Source: Croceibacterium sp. (GTDB lineage Bacteria; Pseudomonadota; Alphaproteobacteria; Sphingomonadales; Sphingomonadaceae). From it: 64,000 bases of DNA. The stretch spans positions 1,170 to 65,169 of the forward strand of contig JBDSUJ010000034.1 in the NCBI GenBank assembly GCA_039927815.1, given 5' to 3'. The notes beneath the pieces are model-generated. The model was not told the DNA's origin, searched no databases, and worked only from the letters and a program-made list of their open reading frames with translations. Of the stretch, positions 26,643-35,011 are shown one piece after another (within the stretch, counting starts at the first letter, position 1; each line of letters begins with the position of its first letter). The position numbers and the translations under genes were made by a program.

Positions 26643-28723
26643 GCCTGCTCAAGGGCCATCGCGTCGCCATTGTCGGCGGGATGGCGAACCGGCCATTGGC
26701 GCGGTTCCTCGCTTCTCTTGGCGCGGAGCTGGGCGGCCCCGTCGAAGGGGCATCGTTTGTCATCGACGATCTCGGGCTGGAGGCGACCCGCGCCTTGCCA
26801 ATCGCCGAATCCACGGTGCACGTGTCGGTCACACCATTTGGCTCGGGCGGGCCGCGCAGCCAGTGGCGGGGCAGCGAGCTGGTGGCTTCCGCCACCGGAG
26901 GCGCCCTTCGCGTCACCGGAGAGCCGGGTCGTCCGCCGGTCAAGGAAGCCGGTGATGCCTGCACGTTCCACGCCGACATGGTCGCCGCCGCCGGAGCGAT
27001 GGCGGCGCATTACGCACGTGGCACCCACGGCCGGGGCCAGCATGTCGACGTATCGATCCAGCAGGTCGCCTTCAGCCGCAACACGAACGGCGTGCTTGTC
27101 TGGCAGTTCGACAAGCGGAAGCTCCATCGGGTGGGCGGCAAGCTGGCGTACGGCAAGGCGACCATCCGCGCGATCTGGCGGCTCGCGGACGGGTGGTGCT
27201 TCCATTCGCTGATGACCGGGAGGCTAGGCGCGCCAGCGAACCGTGCGCTGGCGGAGTGGATGGACGAGGAGCCGGCGGAAAATCCGCTGCGCGGCGTCGA
27301 TTGGCTGAGCTACAACCGCTCGACCCTGCCTGCCGAGACCCGCGCACAGTGGGAAGCGGCCATCGCCGCGTTTTTCGCCCGGCGCACCAAGCAAGACATC
27401 GCCGACGAAGGGCTGCGCCGCGGCATCAACGCCTGCGTGGTCAACGAGCCTGCCGATGTGCTCGCTGACGCCCATCTGGCAGCGCGCGGCTTCTTCGACA
27501 CCGAGGACGGCCTGCCGCGGAGGTTTGCGGGGATTGTCGAAGGCGGGCACGCGACGCCGCACGAAAGCCATGGCGGTTCCCGCCCGGGCCCCCTGGCAGG
27601 CGTGCGGGTACTCGACTTTGCTTGGGCGCTGGTGGGCTCGATCACGACCAAGACGCTCGGCGACCTGGGTGCCGACGTCGTCAAGATCGAGAGCCGCACC
27701 CGGCCCGACCTGTCGCGCATGGACGTGCAGGTTTCGGCCTCGCAGCATGGCGATTTTGATGACAAGCCATGGTTCGCGCACCTCAACTCGTCCAAGCGGA
27801 GCGTGACCCTGAATCTCAAGCAGCCGGCTGTCTGGGAGATCCTGCGGCCCCTGATCGAATGGGCCGATGTGGTGGTCGAGAACTTCTCCCCCGGGACGAT
27901 GGCCAAGCTCGGGCTTGGATACGCAGACCTGCAGGCGATCAACCCGCAAATCGTGATGGTCTCGGGCAGCGTCTACGGACAGACCGGCCCCCTGGCGCAG
28001 GAATGGGGCGTGGACGGTACCGGGGGCGCGCTGTCGGGCCGGACCTTCCTGACCGGTTACCCAGGCGGTGATCCGGTGATACCCGGCGCTGTGCCCTACG
28101 GCGATGTAATCGTACCGTTCGTGATGGCGGCTTGCGTCGCTGCCGCGTTGCAAACGCGCCGCGAAAGCGGGCAAAGCTGCCACATCGATGCGTCGATGTA
28201 TGAAATCTGCGTCCAGCAGATGCGGCCCTATCTCGCCGCCGCGATGGCAGGGGAAAGCCCTCAGCGTGCCGGGAATGCCGATCCGGGCGTGTTCTTCCAG
28301 GACGTGTTCCCGGCTGCGGGCGAGGATCGCTGGGTCGCGATCAGTGTTGCGGATGAGCCCGAGTTGGAACGGCTGAAAACCGTGACGGGCAGCGACATCG
28401 CGGGCTGGACCGCGACCCGTGACGACCACGCAATCGCGGATCAGTTGCAGGCCCTCGGGTTCGCCGCGGGGGTCGTGCAGGATTGCGAAGACATGATCGA
28501 GCGCGATCCGCAACTGACCGAGCGCGGGTCGCTGGTCGAACTCGACCATCCCGTGCTGGGTCCGTTCGGGCATATCGCCACCCCGATCCGCTTTTCGCGC
28601 GACGTCCCACAGCCGTACCGTGCTCCGCGCATGGGTGAGCACGGGCGCGAAGTTGCCGCGGAACTGTGCAACCTTGACGACGCGCGGATCGATGAACTGC
28701 AGCAATTGGGAGTGTTCGAGTGA
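26639..28723 (+). CDS. Tandem-domain family III (CaiB/BaiF) CoA-transferase
   Basis: 694 aa. Residues ~320-694 form a canonical module (LAGVRVLDFAWALVGSITTKTLGDLGADVVKIES...). Residues 1-~310 form a second, more degenerate module (LKGHRVAIVGGMANRPLARFLASLGAEL...SATGGALRVTGEPGRPPV). ATGA overlap upstream and GTGA overlap downstream. Confidence 0.85.
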   Translation: MSLLKGHRVAIVGGMANRPLARFLASLGAELGGPVEGASFVIDDLGLEATRALPIAESTVHVSVTPFGSGGPRSQWRGSELVASATGGALRVTGEPGRPPVKEAGDACTFHADMVAAAGAMAAHYARGTHGRGQHVDVSIQQVAFSRNTNGVLVWQFDKRKLHRVGGKLAYGKATIRAIWRLADGWCFHSLMTGRLGAPANRALAEWMDEEPAENPLRGVDWLSYNRSTLPAETRAQWEAAIAAFFARRTKQDIADEGLRRGINACVVNEPADVLADAHLAARGFFDTEDGLPRRFAGIVEGGHATPHESHGGSRPGPLAGVRVLDFAWALVGSITTKTLGDLGADVVKIESRTRPDLSRMDVQVSASQHGDFDDKPWFAHLNSSKRSVTLNLKQPAVWEILRPLIEWADVVVENFSPGTMAKLGLGYADLQAINPQIVMVSGSVYGQTGPLAQEWGVDGTGGALSGRTFLTGYPGGDPVIPGAVPYGDVIVPFVMAACVAAALQTRRESGQSCHIDASMYEICVQQMRPYLAAAMAGESPQRAGNADPGVFFQDVFPAAGEDRWVAISVADEPELERLKTVTGSDIAGWTATRDDHAIADQLQALGFAAGVVQDCEDMIERDPQLTERGSLVELDHPVLGPFGHIATPIRFSRDVPQPYRAPRMGEHGREVAAELCNLDDARIDELQQLGVFE

Positions 28724-30009
28724 GCGCACCACTATCGGGCGTGCGAAGCCGCAAGACGCTTACTTGCACCGCCGAAGCGACGGCATTTCAGAAGGCATTC
28801 GGTCAAGACCTCAAGCGGCAGGTGGTCGATGAGGGCGAACCTTTCGTCATTGCCCAGGCCGACACGCCGCACGAAATCTTCCATGCCATGGATATCCCGG
28901 TGATCTCCAACCAGTGGTGGTCCGCGTACATTTCGGCCAAGCAGCTTTCGGGGCGCTACTTCGATGCGATGGCGCAAGCCGGCTACCCGGCCAACAGCTG
29001 CAAGTACTGCTCGCTGGGCCTCGCCTGCACGATCGCCAATGATCCGACGACTGCGCCTTGGGGCGGCCTCCCCACTCCCACCGCGATCGTGGCGCGGCTA
29101 ACGTGCGATTGCATCCAGCACGTCTTCACCCAGTGGGCAGCCGCCATGGGCACCGACTTCTTCGCAATGGAAGCGCCAGCGTGGGAAACCAAGACGCTTG
29201 ATTGGTACACTCGCTCGAGCACCGAATGGGAAAGCCTCTATCAGCCCGACCGCATCAACCTGATGGTTCAGGAGATGGGGGATTTGATCACCTTGCTAGA
29301 ACGCAAGACCGACCGCCGCTTCGACCGCGCCAAACTGGACGCGTTGATGCAGCGTATCGACGTGCAGGAGCGGGCACTGTGGGAAGCCGCCCGCGCGATC
29401 GGCGAAGCGCGTCCATGCCCGGTTTCGATCGCCGAGCAGATGCCCAATACGATGATCCCCCAGTGGCATCGGGGCTCAGACTGGGCGGTTGCGCATTCCG
29501 AGAAGTTCCGCGACGAGGTCCAGCAGCGGATCGACCAGGGCCTCGGCGCGGCGAGCCATGAGCGGTTGCGGCTGATGTGGATCGGGGCCGGGGTGTGGCA
29601 CGACCCGGGGTTCTATCAGGCGCTTGAAGAGAGCCTGGGAGCTGTCTTCGTCTGGTCCATGTACCTACCCTTCGCCGGGCCCCAGTACATTCGTGAGACG
29701 CACGGGCGGACGATGGACGCGCTGGCCAGCCGGATCTGCTCGATCAACGAAGTGCTGCACCTCCCGCCGTGGATGAATGGCTGGATGGTCAGCGAGGCCA
29801 AACGCTGCGAACTCGACGCCGCCGTCATGCTCCTGCCGCCCGACAACCGGTTGTCGCAATCGGGTACCAAGCTGACGGCGCTGGCGCTCGAGGAAGCGGG
29901 CGTGCCGGTGCTCATGATCGATGCCGACATGGTCGATGCCAAGATCTGGGACCACGCCAAGATGGTGGGCCTGGTCGCGCAGTTCCTCGAGCAGCGGGGG
30001 CTGACGTGA
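28720..30009 (+). CDS. 2-hydroxyacyl-CoA dehydratase family (HgdA/BcrB-like) protein
   Basis: 429 aa. PHEIFHAMDIPVIS, NSCKYCSLGLAC, RLMWIGAGVWHDPGFYQALEESLGAVFVWSMY and the C-terminal LEEAGVPVLMIDADMVD follow the architecture of the HGD-D family. Confidence 0.65.
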   Translation: MSAPLSGVRSRKTLTCTAEATAFQKAFGQDLKRQVVDEGEPFVIAQADTPHEIFHAMDIPVISNQWWSAYISAKQLSGRYFDAMAQAGYPANSCKYCSLGLACTIANDPTTAPWGGLPTPTAIVARLTCDCIQHVFTQWAAAMGTDFFAMEAPAWETKTLDWYTRSSTEWESLYQPDRINLMVQEMGDLITLLERKTDRRFDRAKLDALMQRIDVQERALWEAARAIGEARPCPVSIAEQMPNTMIPQWHRGSDWAVAHSEKFRDEVQQRIDQGLGAASHERLRLMWIGAGVWHDPGFYQALEESLGAVFVWSMYLPFAGPQYIRETHGRTMDALASRICSINEVLHLPPWMNGWMVSEAKRCELDAAVMLLPPDNRLSQSGTKLTALALEEAGVPVLMIDADMVDAKIWDHAKMVGLVAQFLEQRGLT

Positions 30010-31046
30010 CGCCCGTGCGATCCCTCGCCCTGCTCGTGGCGGTGCTCCTGGGAGCATGCACGCGGCCGATTCCGCCGGGCGTTACCGAGCTGACCTACGC
30101 CACCCCCTACGCACCGACCCACCCATTCAGCCGCGCCGACCAGCGGTGGATCGACCACATTGAGTTAGCGTCGGGTGGATCGCTCAAGATCGTGCCGATG
30201 TGGTCTGGCGCGCTGTTGTCATCGGATATGTCGCTTGAGGAGCTGCGCCACGGCGTGGCCGATATCGGCTTGGTCACACCGATCTATACCCGCGGCGGGA
30301 CGCATCTCGTACGCATCCAGTCGGGGTTCTACAGCGGCGCGGACTCGATCGCTTCCCAAGTGGCGCTCTACGGTTGCCTCGAGCGTTCTGTGCCGGAACT
30401 GTCACGCGAGTTGCACGGGCTGCATGTGCTGGCGGTGCAGGGCGGGCTTCTGCCCGGGATCGTCACCAGCAAGCGACCGGTGAAGTCGTTGGCCGATCTG
30501 AAAGGCTTGCGGATCCGTGCCCCAACCGAATTGCTTACCGTCCTGCGCGGCCTTGGCGCCGATCCAGTCAACATGCCGATGGGCGACGTCTATTCCGCGC
30601 TGGCGCGGGGCGTCATCGACGGCGTGATTGCCCCGATCGACACGTTTCGCGCGCTCCATTTCGACGAGGTGGGTCATTACTACGCGACGCTCTCCGTGCC
30701 CCGGGGCGCCTACCCTTCGCGCGCGATCGGCGATGCCGCATGGGCCCGGCTGACCCCTGTGCAACAGCAACTATTATTGCAGTCGCGGTCCGTGTGGGAG
30801 GCAGACTTGCGCGATGAGATAGAGAAGGGCGCGGTGACCGGGGCTGCGGCCGCCAAAAAGTCAGGAGTGCGGATCGTCGACTTCGCCCCGGCCGAGCAAG
30901 CGCGGTTCGACGCGCTGTACCTGGCCGACGCGCAAACCAACGCGCGGGCGCTCGCGGCCTTCGGCATCGACGGGCTCGACGCCTTCCGCAAGGCGCGCGC
31001 GAGCGTCCGCACCAGAGACCATATTCAATGCAGAGGGGCCGCGTGA
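30006..31046 (+). CDS. TRAP transporter substrate-binding protein (DctP-like), lipoprotein
   Basis: GTG start overlapping the previous stop (GTGA). Lipobox LLGAC. Core GLRIRAPTELLTVLRGLGADPVNMPMGDVYSALARGVIDGV is typical of DctP. Confidence 0.8.
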   Translation: MTPVRSLALLVAVLLGACTRPIPPGVTELTYATPYAPTHPFSRADQRWIDHIELASGGSLKIVPMWSGALLSSDMSLEELRHGVADIGLVTPIYTRGGTHLVRIQSGFYSGADSIASQVALYGCLERSVPELSRELHGLHVLAVQGGLLPGIVTSKRPVKSLADLKGLRIRAPTELLTVLRGLGADPVNMPMGDVYSALARGVIDGVIAPIDTFRALHFDEVGHYYATLSVPRGAYPSRAIGDAAWARLTPVQQQLLLQSRSVWEADLRDEIEKGAVTGAAAAKKSGVRIVDFAPAEQARFDALYLADAQTNARALAAFGIDGLDAFRKARASVRTRDHIQCRGAA

Positions 31047-32245
31047 ACCAGCCACTGACGGGTATCCGGGTGGCTGATTTCAGCCATGTCATGGCCGGGC
31101 CTTTCGCCTCTCATCTGCTACGGCTGATGGGTGCGGAAGTCATCAAGATCGAACCCAAGAGCGGCGATCAATTCCGCGACTATAGTCCCGATCCCGGCTT
31201 TGCCGGCATGAGCCCGCCCTTTATCGCGGCCAATGTCGGGAAGAAGTCGATCGCGCTCGACCTCAAGGATCCGAACGAAAACGCGATTGCCCGCTCGATC
31301 GTCGAGCGCAGCGACGTGTTGATCGAAAATTTCCGGCCCGGGGTCATGGCTCGCCTCGGTCTTTGCTACGAAAAGGTCCAGCAGACGAACCCCGGGATCA
31401 TTTATTGCTCGGTCTCGGGTTACGGCCAGAACAGCCCTCAGCGCGATTGGCCGGCCATCGACAATATCGTTCAGGCCACCGCGGGCATGATGATGCTGAG
31501 CGGCGGAGAGGGCGAACCGCCGGTGCGCGTCGGCTTCCCGATCGTCGACACGCTGGCCGGGCAGACCGCCGCGCTCGCGATTCTGGGTGCCATCGTCCAG
31601 CGCCAGGCGACGGGGCAGGGGGCGCAGATCGATGTCTCGATGTTCGATGCCACGCTCGCGTTCATGACGTCGGCCATCACGCCCTATCTGGTGACCGGTC
31701 GCGCCATGAAGCGGATGGGCAATACCGGCTATAGCGGGTTGCCAACGGCCTCGCTGTTCACGTGCCGCGACGGGCGCCAGATCTCGCTCGGGATCGTGCA
31801 GGACAACCAGTTCGCCGCCTTCGCCAAGCGTGTCGGCCGGGAGGACTGGCTGACCGACGAACGCTTCAGCACGCCGACGGCGCGTCGAGCAAATTTCGAT
31901 GCCGTTCACGCCGAACTGGCGACGACGTTCGCCCAGCGCGACGCGGCGCAATGGGAAGCCGAATTGAGCGCCAACGGAATCCCGTGCGGCATGATCCGCA
32001 CGGTCAACGAAGCCGTCGATCTGGCGAGCGAGGCAGGCCTCCTGCACGTGGCTATCCCGGGCATTCCTCAGATTGGCACCCTGGCCATTCCCAATGCCGG
32101 CTTCCAGATGAAGCCGGGCTCGCCCGGAACCGCCGAACCGCCGCCCCGGCTCGACGAGCACCGCGAGGAGATTCTCGAATGGCTCGCGCACGATCCCGGA
32201 GATAAAGGTAAGGGCGTCAAAACCGGCGGTGGAGAGGCAAAATGA
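31043..32245 (+). CDS. Family III (CaiB/BaiF) CoA-transferase
   Basis: LTGIRVADFSHVMAGPFASHLLRLMGAEVIKIEP... is the canonical N-terminus. GTG 31043 gives a GTGA overlap with dctP. An in-frame ATG at 31028 is the alternative start. Confidence 0.9.
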   Translation: MNQPLTGIRVADFSHVMAGPFASHLLRLMGAEVIKIEPKSGDQFRDYSPDPGFAGMSPPFIAANVGKKSIALDLKDPNENAIARSIVERSDVLIENFRPGVMARLGLCYEKVQQTNPGIIYCSVSGYGQNSPQRDWPAIDNIVQATAGMMMLSGGEGEPPVRVGFPIVDTLAGQTAALAILGAIVQRQATGQGAQIDVSMFDATLAFMTSAITPYLVTGRAMKRMGNTGYSGLPTASLFTCRDGRQISLGIVQDNQFAAFAKRVGREDWLTDERFSTPTARRANFDAVHAELATTFAQRDAAQWEAELSANGIPCGMIRTVNEAVDLASEAGLLHVAIPGIPQIGTLAIPNAGFQMKPGSPGTAEPPPRLDEHREEILEWLAHDPGDKGKGVKTGGGEAK

Positions 32246-33228
32246 AAAAAAGCATACGTTGCACGGCCATGACGGGCTTGATCGCGCTGGCCGTCCAGGC
32301 CGCGGCACAACAGCCGCCGTCGCCTGCTCCAGGAGGGGCCGACCTGGCCCGGGCGATGGAACAAGCCAACAAGCTGCCCGACACCCCCGGCGATGGCCCT
32401 TACCCCGCGGTGATGGAGCTCGATCCTGGCTTGCCCAATCACGTGGTCTATCGTCCGGCAGACCTCAAGCCTTTCGCAGGGGGCAAGCTGGGCGTTTTCG
32501 CATGGGGCAATGGCGGTTGCGCGGACGACGGCGCCAGCCAGCGCCAGCACCTCGCCGAGATAGCCTCGTACGGCTACCTCGTCGTCGCGCCTGGCGCGTG
32601 GCGCAGCGGACCCAATGCCAAAGTTGCCCGCCAACCAGCCCGCGCCGCTCCGGCTGGCGAGCGCTTGCCGCCACCCGCGACGAGCGCGGCAGACGTCAAG
32701 CAGGGCCTCGATTTCGCGCTGGCCGAGAACGCTCGCCGGGGTAGCAAATACGCCAACCTGATCGACAAGCGCGCGGTTGCGGTAGGCGGGTTCAGCTGCG
32801 GCGGGCTCCAGGCCATCTCACTTGCGGCCGATCCACGGATCGGCACGGTAGTGGTCCAGAACAGCGGCGTATTCAACGATGCCAGCGAGTCGATCGGCGG
32901 CATGAAGGTGTCGAAGGACGTCTTGAAAAACTTCCGTACTCCGGTGCTCTACCTGCTCGGCGGCCCGACCGATATCGCCTACGCCAACGGCAGCGATGAC
33001 GTAAAGCGTATCACCAACGTGCCGCTGGCGTTCGTCAATCTGCCGTTTGGCCACGGCGGAACTTACGCGCGCCCGATGGGCGGCACGGCGGCCGGGATCG
33101 TGGTCGACTGGCTCGAGTGGCGCCTGCGTCACAATGCCAGCGCCGGGCGCAGCTTTATCGGAGCGAACTGTCGGCTATGCGTAAATCCCGAGACCAAGAT
33201 TGAACAAAAGAACTTCCCCGCTCAATAG
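32242..33228 (+). CDS. Secreted alpha/beta hydrolase (dienelactone hydrolase / chlorophyllase-like fold)
   Basis: Signal peptide MKKSIRCTAMTGLIALAVQAAAQ. Nucleophile elbow GGFSCGG. ATGA overlap with the CoA-transferase gene. Confidence 0.65.
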   Translation: MKKSIRCTAMTGLIALAVQAAAQQPPSPAPGGADLARAMEQANKLPDTPGDGPYPAVMELDPGLPNHVVYRPADLKPFAGGKLGVFAWGNGGCADDGASQRQHLAEIASYGYLVVAPGAWRSGPNAKVARQPARAAPAGERLPPPATSAADVKQGLDFALAENARRGSKYANLIDKRAVAVGGFSCGGLQAISLAADPRIGTVVVQNSGVFNDASESIGGMKVSKDVLKNFRTPVLYLLGGPTDIAYANGSDDVKRITNVPLAFVNLPFGHGGTYARPMGGTAAGIVVDWLEWRLRHNASAGRSFIGANCRLCVNPETKIEQKNFPAQ

Positions 33229-33233
33229 GTCAC

Positions 33234-34010
33234 TTAGTTTGTGACCAGCGGCAGCAGTTCGATTGCGTTGGAAATACCTAGCCGGCGGTAAGCGCGTTGG
33301 CGAAACGTCACCACCGAGGTTTTGGCGATCCCGAGCCGCGAGGCCGTCGCCGCCACGCTCAGACCGCAGGCGGCGCAAGCGCAAACCTCGCGCTCGCGCG
33401 AAGTCAGCGCGGGCCAGCGTCCGGCAAAGCGGTGGGCGAGTTGGGCAGGTGTCAGCGCAGGTCCGTGTGCCGGCAATGGTCGCGCCAACGCCAGCATCGG
33501 CAGCGCCAACCGGGCAATCGCGGTGACCGCCTCCAGTTCGCGTTCGGACAACCTGCCATGGCTCGCGTGCCGGGCGACATTGAGGCCCGTCCAGCCGTCC
33601 TTGCCGCGCAGGACGACTGAGATCCGCTCCACGATCCCGGGCTCCTCGAAGAACCGGCGCCTGAAGCCGGTCGATCCGATGTCAGCCGGACGGACCCGTT
33701 GCACCGCGACATCGCCCGTGCGGGGGGCCGCTCGGTACAGATCAGCGATCGGATCGAGTTGCTTGTAATGCAAGCTATAGTCGGGGAGCAGATCGGCAAT
33801 GCGCTGCTCACAATGAAAGTAGTGCAGGGCGTCCTGGCCGCTAGCTGCCTCGAACAAGTACAGCCGGCGCGTTCCCGAGGTGAGGCTGTCGATGCCGTCG
33901 CGGACAGCGCCGCCGAAGTCCTCGCTGCCGATCGCGCCGATTAGCGCTTCATAAGCCGGTCCGATCGTGGGGGGCAGGCGCCAATCGGTCACGCACCAGA
34001 TATCTGTCAT
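33234..34010 (-). CDS. LuxR-family transcriptional regulator (C-terminal HTH)
   Basis: C-terminal LTSREREVCACAACGLSVAATASRLGIAKTSVVTFRQRAYRRLGI. Start at MTDIWCV, with GGGGAGAG upstream. Confidence 0.8.
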   Translation of the reverse strand: MTDIWCVTDWRLPPTIGPAYEALIGAIGSEDFGGAVRDGIDSLTSGTRRLYLFEAASGQDALHYFHCEQRIADLLPDYSLHYKQLDPIADLYRAAPRTGDVAVQRVRPADIGSTGFRRRFFEEPGIVERISVVLRGKDGWTGLNVARHASHGRLSERELEAVTAIARLALPMLALARPLPAHGPALTPAQLAHRFAGRWPALTSREREVCACAACGLSVAATASRLGIAKTSVVTFRQRAYRRLGISNAIELLPLVTN

Positions 34011-34117
34011 CGACTCTCCCCGCATGTCCCGTCGGCATCATGCCTTGTCGTCTCCCCAGAGGACAGACCTTGAATGCTCGCGGCATTACTCGGAGCGAAA
34101 ACCAAAGGGAAAAGTCG

Positions 34118-35011
34118 ATGCTCGACGGCAAGGTAATGATAACTGTCGCCCTCAATGGAGGGATGCAGCAGGACCGTGATGGAGCAGTGGTACCCAAGCA
34201 GCCGGATGAAATCGGCGAAGCCGCCGCGCGATGCTGGGAGGCGGGCGCTTGTGTCGTGCATGTTCACGCCCGCGGTCCGGACGGTAAGAACAGCGGCGAC
34301 AAGGGCATTTACGCGGAGATAATCCGGCAGATCAGGGCGCGCAGCCCGATCCTGATCCAGACAACGAACGGCATAGGGGTGCGCCGCGATCCGGAATCAG
34401 GCCAGTTCATCTGGCCGAGCGACAAGGAACGCCTCGGCCTACTCGAGATCGAGCCGCAGCAGGACTTGTTCGGCATTGCGGGCGGCTCGGCCGACTTTCA
34501 CAATCCCGAAGGCGGTTATCCCGCAGAGACCCCGTACGTGAATTCGCCGCAATTGCTCCGGCGGACCATCGAGGCTGTCTATGCCAAAGGCTCTGCCCTC
34601 GAATACGAAATCGTCGAGGCCAGTTCGCTGCACCGGCTGATGCGCTATGCCGATGAAGGGTTGTTCGACCGCCATCGCAATAACATCTGGCTCCTCCATG
34701 GCGGCGGATTCGGCGCGACGCCGCCGGTCGCCCGCAACGTCATCTTCAACATCGATGAGGGCCTGCGCATGTTTCCGCAGGCGATCTGGGGCGTTACCGC
34801 CACGGGGCGCGACATGTTCCGAATTGCCACGCTCGGTCTGGCGATGGGCTGTGATCTGGTGCGGGTCGGGTTCGAGGACGGGATCCACTTGCCCGATGGC
34901 ACCGCCGCGCGCGACAATGCCGAAATGGTTCGGGCCGCGGTCACCATCGCCGCGCTCTACGGACTCACCCCCGCAAGCGTTCCCGAGGCGCGCGTCCGGT
35001 TCGGGTTGTGA
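34118..35011 (+). CDS. BKACE family (3-keto-5-aminohexanoate cleavage enzyme-like, DUF849) protein
   Basis: MITVALNGG...P.QP.EI...A..C.EAGA.VVH.HAR...G and IQTTNG motifs. Confidence 0.85.
   Translation: MLDGKVMITVALNGGMQQDRDGAVVPKQPDEIGEAAARCWEAGACVVHVHARGPDGKNSGDKGIYAEIIRQIRARSPILIQTTNGIGVRRDPESGQFIWPSDKERLGLLEIEPQQDLFGIAGGSADFHNPEGGYPAETPYVNSPQLLRRTIEAVYAKGSALEYEIVEASSLHRLMRYADEGLFDRHRNNIWLLHGGGFGATPPVARNVIFNIDEGLRMFPQAIWGVTATGRDMFRIATLGLAMGCDLVRVGFEDGIHLPDGTAARDNAEMVRAAVTIAALYGLTPASVPEARVRFGL

Noticed and set aside
27224-28732. 502-aa minus-strand ORF antisense to the tandem CoA-transferase. Similar long antisense ORFs occur at 18641-19696, 20405-21379, 31118-32308, 56206-57798 and 60017-61411
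   Set aside because: Each is fully contained in, and antisense to, a gene with strong family motifs. Their translations are low-complexity Arg/Gly/Asp/His-rich with no recognisable domains, which is typical shadow-ORF behaviour in GC-rich DNA.
26639-32245. Interpreting the CaiB-type CoA-transferases as a carnitine (cai) operon
   Set aside because: No caiA/C/D/E/T or fixABCX homologs are present. Family III transferases are functionally diverse, and the flanking dehydratase-family genes point elsewhere.
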